Assembly: GCA_963728365.1 (NCBI GenBank)
Contig: CAVSJI010000002.1
Coordinates: forward strand, 49,270-113,269
Direction: 5' to 3'
Source: an uncultured Solirubrobacterales bacterium
GTDB taxonomy: Bacteria; Actinomycetota; Thermoleophilia; Solirubrobacterales; 70-9
Length of the DNA: 64,000 bases
Shown here: piece after piece, positions 44,325 through 54,403 of the stretch
How positions within the stretch are numbered: the stretch's first letter is position 1
Layout: every line of letters begins with the position of its first letter
Position numbers and translations under genes: made by a program
Notes under the pieces: generated by a model
The model's input: only the letters and a program-made list of their open reading frames with translations
Database searches by the model: none
What the model was told of the DNA's origin: nothing

Positions 44325-47300
44325 GTGCCGGTGCCTGAGGCGGGCGACCTCGGGCCGCTCGGTGACCTGGCGACGGCGCTCGGGCTGACCGACGCCGCCG
44401 GCAAGTTCAGGAAAGGCTGGCTCGACGACCCCGGGGCGGCACTCGGCGAAGTCCTCTCCGACGACGAGCAGCGCTCCGCGCTGCTCGCCTTCTGCGACGA
44501 GGTGCTCGGCGGCGGCGAGCGCGAGACCGACGCCGAGGGCCGCACCTGGCTGCCGCTGGTGAGCGACGAGGAGGCGGTCGTGCTGCACGCGGTCGTCGAC
44601 GATCGCGACGCCGGCTACGTCGCGATCGGCGCCGGCCTGCGGCTCGCCGGCGAAGACCCGCAGGCGGCGGCCCGACTCCAGGTGCCGGTTGCCCGCGTGT
44701 CGCGCAACGGCGCCCCCTCCCCCGGCCCGATCTTCCTGGGCCAGCCCGGAGCGCGCGCCACGGCCTCGATCTCGATCTCGTTCGCGGGGGAGCCGCGACC
44801 CGGCGAGGCGCACCTGGGCGGCCTGGAGATCGGCTTCGAGGTGCCGACCGCAACCGACGACCCCCAGGAGCCGGCCGTCTCCCTCGCACTGCTCGGCCTG
44901 CAGCTGCCCGGCGTCGAGGCGCCACGCGACCTGCGCATCTCGACCGGCAGTCCGAGCGAGCTGGACGACGCCCTGCTCGAGCTGGTCCTCGGCCTGCTGC
45001 GCAACCAGGCCGCCGCGGGGGGCGGCAAGGCCGGGGCCCTGGCCCGCCTCGCCGGACTCGCCGGAGAGGGAGCGGTGCCACCGCTTCCGGCAGGCGAGCT
45101 GGCCGAGCAGGGGGGCCGCCGGCTGGCCGCCTGGCTGCACGCCACGTTGGCGGCGCCGGAGTCCCGCAGGGAGTGGCTCGCGGCGCTCGCCGAGCTGCTC
45201 GGCGGCGAGCTGCCCGCCGGCGAGGAGGAGCTGCGGTTGAGCGTCGGCGCCGCCGAGGTCAGGGGCGGGATCGAGGTCTCGACCGACGCCGGCGGTCAGC
45301 CGCTGCTCGTTCCCCGCCTGGCCCTGCAGGTCGCCGAGGGCGAGGCGCGCGCCGTCCTGCGCGCCGACCTGCTGGCCCTGAGCCCGGCGTCCGGCGCGGC
45401 GCGGGCGCTGCCGGCGCTGTCCGCCTACGCGCAGCTCGGCGGGGACGAGGGCGGCAAACCGCTGCTCGACGGCGATCCGGGCGTCGGCTCGCTGCGGGCC
45501 GGGATCGAGATCGACGCCCAGCGGCAGGCCGCGATCCTGCTCGCCGCCGAGCGAGTCACGGTCGCCGGCGCCAGCTTCGCGACGCTCGACCTGACCAGCC
45601 CCGAGGCGGTTGTCGAGGCCGCCGGGTCGAGCCTCGGCACGGTCGCCGCCGGCCTGCTCGAGGGCGCCGGAGAGGCGGCCGCGGCGCTGGGCCGGCTGCT
45701 TGGCCTGGCACCACCCAAAGGCCACCAGAGCGTGCCCGCGATCGACCCCGTGCGACTCTTCGAGAACCCGGTCGCCGCCCTGCGCGAGCACTGGCGGAGC
45801 CTGGTCGAGGACGAGCAGACTGCGATCCCGAGCCTGCTCGAGGACGCCCGCGGCCTGCTCGCCGGCGCCGGCGCGAGCGCAGCGAAAGCCGCCGGCGCCG
45901 GCACCGCCGCGGACCCCTGGCGGGTGGCGCTCCGCGAGACGACCGAGCTGCGCGCGGTCCGCGACCCGGCTGGCGCGCTGACGCTCTCGCTGGGGATCGC
46001 CTCCGAGGTCGAGGATCTGGGCAGCGGGCGCGCCGCGATCTCCGCCGATCTGGCGCTGGCGATTGCCCACCTCGACCTCGCCGCCGGCTCGGCCGAGTTC
46101 CTCGCGACGGCCGAGCTGGCGCTGGGGGCTCGCAGCAAGCGGCCCGCCTCCGCGACGATCGCTCTCGCCGGCGCGAAGCTGAGCGCCGAGCGGCTCGGCC
46201 TGCGCGCCGCCTGGACGGCCGCAGCCGGCCTCGAGGTGGCACTCGACGCGCCGAACCCGTCATTGCAGGCGGGCGGCGCCAAGAAGGCCGTGGACCTGGC
46301 CGACCGCGAGACGCTCGAGCGCATCGCCGGCCTGCTGGCCGGGCTGGAGGACGGCGCTTGGCCGGCCGAGGCGGCGACGGCGCTGGGCTGGGCCGCCGAG
46401 GCGGGCAAGGCGCGGCTCTCACTCGAGAAGCTGATCGAAGACCCGCGCGCGGCGCTCGTCGATTGGCTGACCGCGGCGCTCGCCGAGCGCGAGGCGAGAG
46501 CGCTGAGCGCGGCGGCAGCGGCGCTCGCCCGGGTGCTCGACCTGAGCGCCGACCGCAGTGCCGCGGTGGAGGGGACCGGCAAGCCGGATGACCCCTTCGT
46601 CCTGCGCCTCTCCGGCGAGGCGGCCGGGGTGGCGCCGATCGCCTGGGTCGAACCGCAGGAGAAGCCGAAGCAGCTGCGGCTCGGCCTGCGCCTGCCGGTC
46701 GACGCAGGCGAGGGAGCACTCCTCGCCCCCGGTCGGCTCGACCTCGCGCTGGCCGCGATCGACCTCTCGGGAGCCGAGCCGGCGATCCTCGTCGACCGGC
46801 ACCTGACCGCGGTCCTCGACCTCTCCCGCGAGGGTGCTCCGCTGGTCAGCGAGGGAGAGACGGAGCTACGCAGCGTGCGGGCAGAGGTGCGCCTGCCGCT
46901 GGACGGCGGTGGGGCCGCCGCCTCGCTCGAGCTCGTCGACGCGGCGGTCTTCGGCGTGCGCCGCGAGCGCTGGCCGGTCGGTGCCGAGGACCCTGCCCTG
47001 CCCGAGGTCCGCACCATGCTCTCCGCCGCCCTGCGCCGGCTTGCGAAAGCGCCGGTCGGCGGGCTGCTCGCCGGGCTTGGACTGCTGGCCGACGGCGGTC
47101 TCGACGGGGACGCACTCGACGAGCTGCTCCACGACCCCGCCGGCCTGCTCGCCGCCTCGCTGGACTCGCGCCGCGAGGACCTTCAGGAGGCCGCCGACCG
47201 CCTGCTCGGCGGTCTGCCCGGTGTCGCGGTCGATCTCGAGGCGCGGCGCCTGAGCGTCGAGCTCGGCGGTGAGGACGGTCCCCTCTCCTGGTCGGCGCGG

Positions 47301-50300
47301 CTCGAGGTCGGCGGCGACGGGGCGGCGAGCGCCACGGCGACGGTCGGCTCTCCGGGAACCGGGGCCGCCGGCGGCTTCGAGCTGCGCTTCGCCTCCGACC
47401 CGGTCGTCTGCACGGCGCTGCGCCACCTGCCGGGGGGCAGGGCCCGCGAGATCCGCGTCTGGCCCAACCCGGACGGCGACGCCCTCGCCCGGCTGCTGCC
47501 GAAGGCGGTACTCGCGGCGATCGCCCGGCGCGGCCTCGAAGAGGCGCGGCGCCTCGACGCGCAGGCCAAGCCCGCGCTCGACGCGGCGCTCGGTGCGGCC
47601 GGCCTGCTCGACGGGGACCGCGTGCCGCTGCCGCTCGGGCTGCTCGACGACGCCGGCGGCTGGCTCGCCCACCCGGCGGCGCTCGGCGGCAACAGCCTCG
47701 ACCCGGCCAAGCTCGGCGACCTGCTCGACGCCCTGAAGCCGCTGCTCGGCGCCACCGGGCCGGCCTCGAAGCTCGAGCCGGCGCCGGGTCTGACGATCGA
47801 AGCCGGCAAGAGCGACGGGGTGCCGCGAGTCGGGATCAGCCTCGACAGCGACGCCCTGCTGCCCAAAGCCGGAAAAGGCGAGCGCCCGGTCCTGACCGCG
47901 AGCGGCGGCATCGTGCTCGCCGCCGAGTCCCATGCGGAGCTCAGCCTGAGCGCGGCGCTGCCGGGGCTGGGGACCGCGGCGGCGCAGGCAAACGGCGACA
48001 TCTCGGTGGTCCTGCGGCGCAAGGGCCTGCCCGACCTTCCCCTCTACCCCACCTCCCCGGGGCTCGGCGATCTCGCCGATGCGGGGGTCGAGTCGGTGCT
48101 GCCCCGGGTGCTCGACGCGCTCGCCGACCCCGCCGCGAAAGGCGCCGGCGAGCGGGCCGGCGCCCTGGTCGGCGCGCTCGGCGACCTGCTCGACCTGCGT
48201 CCTGGGGGATCCTTCGACCGCGCCCGCATCGCGGCGCTGGCCGCCGACCCCGCCGCCGCGCTGCGCGCCCGACTCGAGGCTGCCGGCGCTTCCGGGCTGG
48301 ACGAGGTCGCCGCGGCCTTCGACGCGGCGCTGCCCAAATCCGCCACGGTCGCCGTCGCCGGCGGCAGGCTGCGGCTGGAGCTCGCCCAGGCGACGATCGA
48401 GCTGCGACCGAAGCCCTTCGAGCTGGCGGTCGCCGGCGAGTTCACCGGGATCGAGGCGATCGAGTCGGCCTCGCTCGACCTGCGCCTCGACGAGGACGGG
48501 CTGGCCGAGCTCTCGGCGAGCGCCGGGCCGGGGGCGATCGATGCGGGAGGCGCGACCTTGCGTCCGCTGGCGACGCTCGCCGCCGGCTCCTCGCCACCCG
48601 GCGGCCGCCGGGTGGAGATCGGCCTCGGCGACGGCGAGGACGGCAGCTTGCGCGCCCGCTGGGACCTCGAGACCGGCAAGGTGGTGGCGCTCGCGATGAC
48701 GGGGGACGCCGCCGACGCCGAGCCCGCGGCGGTCGCCGGCGCGGCGCTCACGGCGCTCGCCGAGCTGGCCGCCGGCGTCGCCCTCGCCGCCGAGGAGACC
48801 CAGAGCCTGCTCGGCAAGGCGGTCGGCAAAGCCACCGCCCGCGACCTGCTCGCCGGCGTGCTGCTCGACGAGAGAGACCCCCGTCGGGCGATCGCCGGTC
48901 TCTTCGACTTCGAGGCGCTGCTCGCTCGGCTGCGACGACTGGCCGTCAACGCCGGCGAGGCCGAGCCGGCGCTGAGGATCGAGGGCTTCACCGTCGGCCT
49001 CGCGACGCAGAACGGACGCCTCGGGCTGAACCTCGACCCCGGCGGCCGGGTCACCCTGCTCGAGGGCGAGGTCACGGTCTCGCTCGAGGCCGACAGCCGC
49101 TGGATCGAGGACTCGCCCCCGCCCGGCCTCTTCCTCGGCGCGCTGTCCGGCGAGGAAATCTCACCGGCGATCGCCTGCGGGGGCCTCGGGCTGCGCTTCT
49201 CGCGCCCCGCGGGTCCGCTGCTCGACGCGGGCGTCACACTGGGCTCGCTCGCCCTGCACGCCTATGCCGCGGTCGAGCCCGGCGCCGGGGGCGCCGAGGT
49301 CTCGGGCGGCGTGCGGATCCAGCTCGACGAGCTCGGCATCCCAGTAAGCAGCGCCGGCGGCAAACAGAGCAACCCGGTCGGCCGGGGGATGCTCGGCGGC
49401 GCCGGCGGCAAACGGGCGCCGGCGCCCGCCTTCAGCCCGGCGCTTGCCGTCCAGCACCGTCACGGCGAGGAGGGAGCCACGGTGCGCCTTTCCGCGGGCG
49501 ACGGCGCCGGACCGTGGTGGCTGCCGATCCAGTCCGCTTTCGGGCCGCTCTACCTCGAGCGCGCCGGCCTCGGGGTCGAGGCCGGCGCCACCGGGCCGCA
49601 GAGAATCGCCGTGCTGCTCGATGGCAAGGTCTCGCTACTCGGCCTCAGCGTCGCGGTCGACGGCCTCGGGCTCGGTTACAGCGTCTCCAGCGAGAGCTCC
49701 TTCGCCGACCCCGAGGCCTGGAGCGTCGAGCTCGCCGGGCTGGCGATCGACGCCGACCTCGCCGGCGTCACTCTGGTCGGCGGCCTGCGCAAGGTCGAGA
49801 CCGAAAGCGCGGAAGGCAAGTCGGTGGAGTACATCGGCTCGCTCACCGGTCGCTTCTCGGTGTACGGGCTCTCGGTGCTCGGCGGCTACGGCGAGGTGCT
49901 CGAAAACGGCCGCCGCTTCTCGACCTTCTTCGCCTTCGGAGCGATCAACGCGCCGATCGGCGGACCGCCCGCCTTCTTCGTCACCGGGATCGGCGGCGGC
50001 GTCGGCATCAATCGCGGGTTGAAAGTCCCCACCGACCTCTCCCGCCTCGGCGACTCGGCCTTCATCCAGGCGCTCGACGCCGGAGCCGATCGCAGCGACG
50101 ACCCGATGGAAGACGTCGTCAGGCTGGGCAACGAATTCCCCGCGGTCGAGGGCGAGCTCTGGTTCGCGGCCGGGATCAGCTTCAACAGCTTCGCCCTGGT
50201 CGAAGGCGTCGCCGTGATCTCGGTGGCGGTCGGCAAGGGGCTCGAAATCGCCCTGCTCGGACTGGCGCGAATGGCGCTGCCCCGCCCCGAGCGGGCGCTG

Positions 50301-52688
50301 GTCTCGATTGAGCTGGGCCTGGTGGCCCGCTTCTCCAGCGAGGAGGGCGTGCTCTGGATCCAGGCCCAGCTGACAGACAACTCCTGGCTCCTGCACCGCT
50401 CCGTGCGGCTCACGGGGGGCTTTGCCTACGCCAGCTGGTTCAAGGGGGAGAAAGCCGGCCAGTTCGTGCTGACGATGGGCGGCTACCACCCCCGCTTCCC
50501 GAGCGAGGGCTATCCGCAGGTTCCACGCCTCGGCTTCTGCTGGCAGGTGGGCAGCAGCATCGTGATCAAGGGCGAGTCCTACTTCGCCCTCACCTCGGAG
50601 GCGATCATGGCCGGCGGCCTGCTCGAAGCGGCGGCCGAGTTCGGCCCGGCCTGGGCGAAGGTCAGCTTCAGCGCCGATGGCATCGTCTACTTCGACCCCT
50701 TCAAGTTCGAACTCGACGTGCACGCCTCGATCTCGGCCGGGATCACGATCGACGTCTGGATCGGCGAGATCACGATCTCGATCCACATCGGAGCCGGCAT
50801 CCACCTCGAGGGGCCCGAGTTCCACGGCGCCGCCAGCTTCGAGGTCGGACCGGCCGAGCTGACGGTTCGCTTCGGCGACCAGACCCCGCCCGATGCGCCA
50901 ACCCTGCAATGGGACGAGTTCGTGATCAAGTACCTCGAGGATGCGGGCGGCGGCGTGGCCCGGGTGCTGAGCGCGACAACCGGAGGCGGCGCCATACCGC
51001 CCGCGCCCACCGCCGGCGGCAAGGAGAAGGCGACGGCGGACGGCTCTCTGCAGCGTCCCTTCGAGGTGCTCGCCGAGTTCGAGCTGACCGTCGTCTCGGC
51101 CGCGCCCGTGGTCAGCTTCGTGTTCGGCGCCGAGGAAGCGGAGCCGCGGACGGTGCCCCACAGCGAGCGGCTGGGCATCGCGCCGGTCGGCATCCGCGAA
51201 CTCCAACCGAAGCTGTGGCTGCGGCTCGAGGTGGTCGAGCTCGACGCGGCGGGCGGAACCGCGCCGGGGACCGAGCTGATCGGCCAGCTCGACCCCCAGC
51301 CGATCGGCGACGGTCGCTTCCCGATCGGCATCTGGGGCCCGGCTCGCAGCGAGGATGAGAAGCAGGTGCCGAGCGGCGAGATGATCGAAGCCGGTCAGGG
51401 CGCCCGGCTCGCCGCGAAGGCCGTGCTGCGCGACGAGCTGCCCGCGGAAGTCGCCTACGAACGGGTCGAGATCAACGAGCAGAAACCGCGTCACCCGCTG
51501 CCGCTGCTCGACGAGGAGCGCTCGCGCGGCGACCTGCTGCGCTCCGCCAGACCGCTGGCCCAGGCGGTGCCGGCCGGCGTCTCGGGCAGGGCGGCCCTCG
51601 GCCAGGCGCGCGAGTGGCTGGCGGCCGGCGGCGCCGGCCGCACCAGCGTCGCCGCCTACGCCGGCGAGCGGGTCGCGCCGCCGCGGCTGGGCTCGCTGAC
51701 CGAGGGCCTCGTCGGGAGCACGCTGCCGGCGGCCCCGGTGGCTGGGCCGGTGGAGGCCGCCCCCAGCCCGCTCGACACCGCCGTGCGACCGCCGCGGGCG
51801 ATCGCGGTGCTCGGCCAGGGCCGGGGGCTGGGCGGCAGCAGGCCGATGGCCGGGCTGACCGCGGCGCTGGCGAAGGGCGAGCCGCTGGCGCTGCGCTTCG
51901 GCGAGATCCTCGTCATCGAGATGCCCAACGCCCGCCGCGACATCGACGCGAGCGCCCCCCGGCCGCGGCTGCGCACCGGCGGCAGCGCCCGGATCGCGGT
52001 CCTCGGCATGGGCGGCCAGCTGCTCGCGGACACCGTCGCGACCGAGCTCGAGATCCCGCAGGGCGCCGAGCGCATCGCGGTGCTCAACGCGGGGGCGGCA
52101 GCCGAGCAGGGCGGCCTGCTCGGCTGGCACACCGGCCAGCAGCTCGCCTACGTCGGCTGGGGAGCCGCCCCGGTCGCCGGCGCCGTCCTTCAGGCCCCGG
52201 GCGGCGGCGTCAGGCTCGGCCCGCGGCGCGCCACGGCGGCCTGGATCGACGCGCCGGCGCTGACCGCGGCGGCGCCGATCGTCGAAACCCGCTTCAACGC
52301 GGCGCCGCTCGCGGTGGCGGTCGGCCTCGACCAGGCCGAGGCGGCCGGCGAGCCGCATTTCGAGCTGCTGGTCTCCGGCGCGAGCAGAGAAGGCAAGGAG
52401 CCAATCGCGGTCGAGACCGGCGCCCGCATCTACCTCGTCTACGCGCTGAAGCCCGACGCCGGCGCGGAGGCGGTGACGCTGACCGCCGCGCGACTGCCCG
52501 GCTGGAGCGTCGGCGCCGTCCTCGCCTCGACCGGCGCCGAGGCGAAGGAGCTTGCCGCGCAGCTGCCCGAGCAGGCGCCCGACGCCCTCCTGCAACCGCT
52601 CGTCGCCCCACCCGCCGACGGCCCGTTGCCGCAGCTGAGCGTCGCCTGGATCGCCGGCGACGAACCCGACCCGAGCCCCAGCCGGTGA
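44325..52688 (+). CDS. Giant hypothetical protein (2787 aa), no family recognised
   Basis: Uninterrupted high-GC3 frame with normal residue composition. The N-terminal two thirds are built from recurring ~190-230-aa units. A conserved-looking core at ~49180-50900 contains TGIGGGVGINRGL and GGYHPRFPSEGYPQVPRLGF. GTG start per the track; the exact start is uncertain. Confidence 0.8.
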   Translation: MPVPEAGDLGPLGDLATALGLTDAAGKFRKGWLDDPGAALGEVLSDDEQRSALLAFCDEVLGGGERETDAEGRTWLPLVSDEEAVVLHAVVDDRDAGYVAIGAGLRLAGEDPQAAARLQVPVARVSRNGAPSPGPIFLGQPGARATASISISFAGEPRPGEAHLGGLEIGFEVPTATDDPQEPAVSLALLGLQLPGVEAPRDLRISTGSPSELDDALLELVLGLLRNQAAAGGGKAGALARLAGLAGEGAVPPLPAGELAEQGGRRLAAWLHATLAAPESRREWLAALAELLGGELPAGEEELRLSVGAAEVRGGIEVSTDAGGQPLLVPRLALQVAEGEARAVLRADLLALSPASGAARALPALSAYAQLGGDEGGKPLLDGDPGVGSLRAGIEIDAQRQAAILLAAERVTVAGASFATLDLTSPEAVVEAAGSSLGTVAAGLLEGAGEAAAALGRLLGLAPPKGHQSVPAIDPVRLFENPVAALREHWRSLVEDEQTAIPSLLEDARGLLAGAGASAAKAAGAGTAADPWRVALRETTELRAVRDPAGALTLSLGIASEVEDLGSGRAAISADLALAIAHLDLAAGSAEFLATAELALGARSKRPASATIALAGAKLSAERLGLRAAWTAAAGLEVALDAPNPSLQAGGAKKAVDLADRETLERIAGLLAGLEDGAWPAEAATALGWAAEAGKARLSLEKLIEDPRAALVDWLTAALAEREARALSAAAAALARVLDLSADRSAAVEGTGKPDDPFVLRLSGEAAGVAPIAWVEPQEKPKQLRLGLRLPVDAGEGALLAPGRLDLALAAIDLSGAEPAILVDRHLTAVLDLSREGAPLVSEGETELRSVRAEVRLPLDGGGAAASLELVDAAVFGVRRERWPVGAEDPALPEVRTMLSAALRRLAKAPVGGLLAGLGLLADGGLDGDALDELLHDPAGLLAASLDSRREDLQEAADRLLGGLPGVAVDLEARRLSVELGGEDGPLSWSARLEVGGDGAASATATVGSPGTGAAGGFELRFASDPVVCTALRHLPGGRAREIRVWPNPDGDALARLLPKAVLAAIARRGLEEARRLDAQAKPALDAALGAAGLLDGDRVPLPLGLLDDAGGWLAHPAALGGNSLDPAKLGDLLDALKPLLGATGPASKLEPAPGLTIEAGKSDGVPRVGISLDSDALLPKAGKGERPVLTASGGIVLAAESHAELSLSAALPGLGTAAAQANGDISVVLRRKGLPDLPLYPTSPGLGDLADAGVESVLPRVLDALADPAAKGAGERAGALVGALGDLLDLRPGGSFDRARIAALAADPAAALRARLEAAGASGLDEVAAAFDAALPKSATVAVAGGRLRLELAQATIELRPKPFELAVAGEFTGIEAIESASLDLRLDEDGLAELSASAGPGAIDAGGATLRPLATLAAGSSPPGGRRVEIGLGDGEDGSLRARWDLETGKVVALAMTGDAADAEPAAVAGAALTALAELAAGVALAAEETQSLLGKAVGKATARDLLAGVLLDERDPRRAIAGLFDFEALLARLRRLAVNAGEAEPALRIEGFTVGLATQNGRLGLNLDPGGRVTLLEGEVTVSLEADSRWIEDSPPPGLFLGALSGEEISPAIACGGLGLRFSRPAGPLLDAGVTLGSLALHAYAAVEPGAGGAEVSGGVRIQLDELGIPVSSAGGKQSNPVGRGMLGGAGGKRAPAPAFSPALAVQHRHGEEGATVRLSAGDGAGPWWLPIQSAFGPLYLERAGLGVEAGATGPQRIAVLLDGKVSLLGLSVAVDGLGLGYSVSSESSFADPEAWSVELAGLAIDADLAGVTLVGGLRKVETESAEGKSVEYIGSLTGRFSVYGLSVLGGYGEVLENGRRFSTFFAFGAINAPIGGPPAFFVTGIGGGVGINRGLKVPTDLSRLGDSAFIQALDAGADRSDDPMEDVVRLGNEFPAVEGELWFAAGISFNSFALVEGVAVISVAVGKGLEIALLGLARMALPRPERALVSIELGLVARFSSEEGVLWIQAQLTDNSWLLHRSVRLTGGFAYASWFKGEKAGQFVLTMGGYHPRFPSEGYPQVPRLGFCWQVGSSIVIKGESYFALTSEAIMAGGLLEAAAEFGPAWAKVSFSADGIVYFDPFKFELDVHASISAGITIDVWIGEITISIHIGAGIHLEGPEFHGAASFEVGPAELTVRFGDQTPPDAPTLQWDEFVIKYLEDAGGGVARVLSATTGGGAIPPAPTAGGKEKATADGSLQRPFEVLAEFELTVVSAAPVVSFVFGAEEAEPRTVPHSERLGIAPVGIRELQPKLWLRLEVVELDAAGGTAPGTELIGQLDPQPIGDGRFPIGIWGPARSEDEKQVPSGEMIEAGQGARLAAKAVLRDELPAEVAYERVEINEQKPRHPLPLLDEERSRGDLLRSARPLAQAVPAGVSGRAALGQAREWLAAGGAGRTSVAAYAGERVAPPRLGSLTEGLVGSTLPAAPVAGPVEAAPSPLDTAVRPPRAIAVLGQGRGLGGSRPMAGLTAALAKGEPLALRFGEILVIEMPNARRDIDASAPRPRLRTGGSARIAVLGMGGQLLADTVATELEIPQGAERIAVLNAGAAAEQGGLLGWHTGQQLAYVGWGAAPVAGAVLQAPGGGVRLGPRRATAAWIDAPALTAAAPIVETRFNAAPLAVAVGLDQAEAAGEPHFELLVSGASREGKEPIAVETGARIYLVYALKPDAGAEAVTLTAARLPGWSVGAVLASTGAEAKELAAQLPEQAPDALLQPLVAPPADGPLPQLSVAWIAGDEPDPSPSR

Positions 52689-52690
52689 CG

Positions 52691-54403
52691 ATGAAGCCCG
52701 GACACTTCAAGCTCTTCGACTCCGCGGTCCCCAAGCTGCGCGCCGGCAAGTACGACCTTGTCGGCAACCACGAGCTGGGCGGACCGACCGAGGAGCTGCG
52801 CACCCGGATCCGGGTGCGCTCGGTCCGCTACAAGCTGCCACCCGAGCAGATCCTCTCGGTCTGGCCCCCCGCCAACGACGAAGGCGCTTTCGAGAGTCGC
52901 CTGCCGCAGATCGCGATCCGCCGGCGAACGCTCCCCTGGGAGCGCGACCCGGGCTCCGGGGCACAGGCGACGACCCCGTGGCTGGCTCTGGTGGTGATCG
53001 CCGAGGACGAGGGCACGGTCTCCGACGAGGTCCCGGTGGCCGAATGCGCGACCCCCGACGCGCATCTCGATGGCGACGCCGACTCGCCGACCGGCGTATA
53101 CCTCGGCGTGACCAAGCCGGTGATCGACAAGGTCTTCCCGACGATCGAGGATCTGCGCTACCTGACCCACGTGCGCCAGGTCGACCTCCACGACACCGAG
53201 CTGGCGCTCGGCGACGACGACGGCTTCCTCGCAATGGTGCTGGCCAACCGCCTGCCCCAGTTCGATCGCGCCGCCGGCAAGCCGGTCCGCTACCAGGCCT
53301 GCCTGATCAACCTCGAGCAGCAGCTCGGCGTCTTGCCCAAAGCCGTAACCCCGAGCAGCACCTTCGAGATCGCAAGCGAGAGCCTCAAAGTGGCGATGGA
53401 GATCAAGCGGCAGGCGACCGCCGTCAAAGCCGAGCCGGCGGTCGTCACCCGCAGGATCGAAGACGTGGCGCTGCGCACCGAGCCTGGCGAGCTGGCGGGC
53501 GCCGTGCGCCGGGAAATGAAGGGCAACTTCACGATCCCGGTCGAGCAGATCGTCGGCAAGCTCTACCGCTTCCCGGTCCTCGCGCACTGGTCGTTCACCT
53601 GCACCGGCGCCGGCGACTTCGAGTCGTTGATGCAGGGACTCGACGTCGGCCTGCTCGGCACCGCGCCGCCGCCCACCGTGGAGGACCCGCAGGCCGCCGA
53701 CCCGGCGGCGCCGCCCCCGCCACCGGCGGCGCGGCCGGCGCCGGAGCTGGCCGAGACCGGCCACGTCGGCCTCGGCCGGCGCAGCCGCCGAGGCGACGCG
53801 ACGCGCGCCTGGTACCGGGGCCCGTTCGTTCCCCACCCCACCGAACGCGACCTCGCTGGGAGAGACGGCGACGGCGAGCGCCTCGCCTTCGCCCACGTCA
53901 GCGACCAGCTGCGCTGGGCGATCCCCGACGGCCGCGAGGAGCTCGGCTATGCGGCGGCCTTTGAGATCGGCAGGCTGCTGACCCTGGCTCGGCCCCTGGT
54001 TGTCGCGACGCTGATGCGCTGGCGCAGCGAGCACTTCGGCGCCGAGCGCGCCCGCGCCAAGGCGGAGCTGAGCCTCGCCGGACTCTCGGAGAAAGCGAAG
54101 CGAGAGCTCGGCGCCGAGTCGGGGGGCGAGCTCAGCCTCGGTCAGGTGCTCGGCCGCGGCATCCTGCTGCGGGCCGCAACCGAGCCGGACGCGATGCTCG
54201 GGCCGAGCCGCCCCCTGGTCGATCCCGGCCGGCCGCTTGAGGGCATCGACCGGCCGCTGGAGCAGATCCTCTCCGAGGGCTTCGAGATCCCCGTCGAGAA
54301 GGTCCGCCGACTGATCGAGAACCCGCTCGCCGGCCCGGGCCTGACCGACGTCCCGCGGATCGAAATCCCGAACCGCCGTCCGATCAAACGAGGAGGACCA
54401 TGA
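52691..54403 (+). CDS. Hypothetical protein (570 aa), second gene of giant operon
   Basis: ATG 52691 lies 2 nt after the ORF1 stop. Blocks TLPWERDP, TPWLALVVIAEDE, YLTHVRQVD, YRFPVLAHWSFTC. Pro-rich linker PAAPPPPPAARPAP. Confidence 0.75.
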   Translation: MKPGHFKLFDSAVPKLRAGKYDLVGNHELGGPTEELRTRIRVRSVRYKLPPEQILSVWPPANDEGAFESRLPQIAIRRRTLPWERDPGSGAQATTPWLALVVIAEDEGTVSDEVPVAECATPDAHLDGDADSPTGVYLGVTKPVIDKVFPTIEDLRYLTHVRQVDLHDTELALGDDDGFLAMVLANRLPQFDRAAGKPVRYQACLINLEQQLGVLPKAVTPSSTFEIASESLKVAMEIKRQATAVKAEPAVVTRRIEDVALRTEPGELAGAVRREMKGNFTIPVEQIVGKLYRFPVLAHWSFTCTGAGDFESLMQGLDVGLLGTAPPPTVEDPQAADPAAPPPPPAARPAPELAETGHVGLGRRSRRGDATRAWYRGPFVPHPTERDLAGRDGDGERLAFAHVSDQLRWAIPDGREELGYAAAFEIGRLLTLARPLVVATLMRWRSEHFGAERARAKAELSLAGLSEKAKRELGAESGGELSLGQVLGRGILLRAATEPDAMLGPSRPLVDPGRPLEGIDRPLEQILSEGFEIPVEKVRRLIENPLAGPGLTDVPRIEIPNRRPIKRGGP

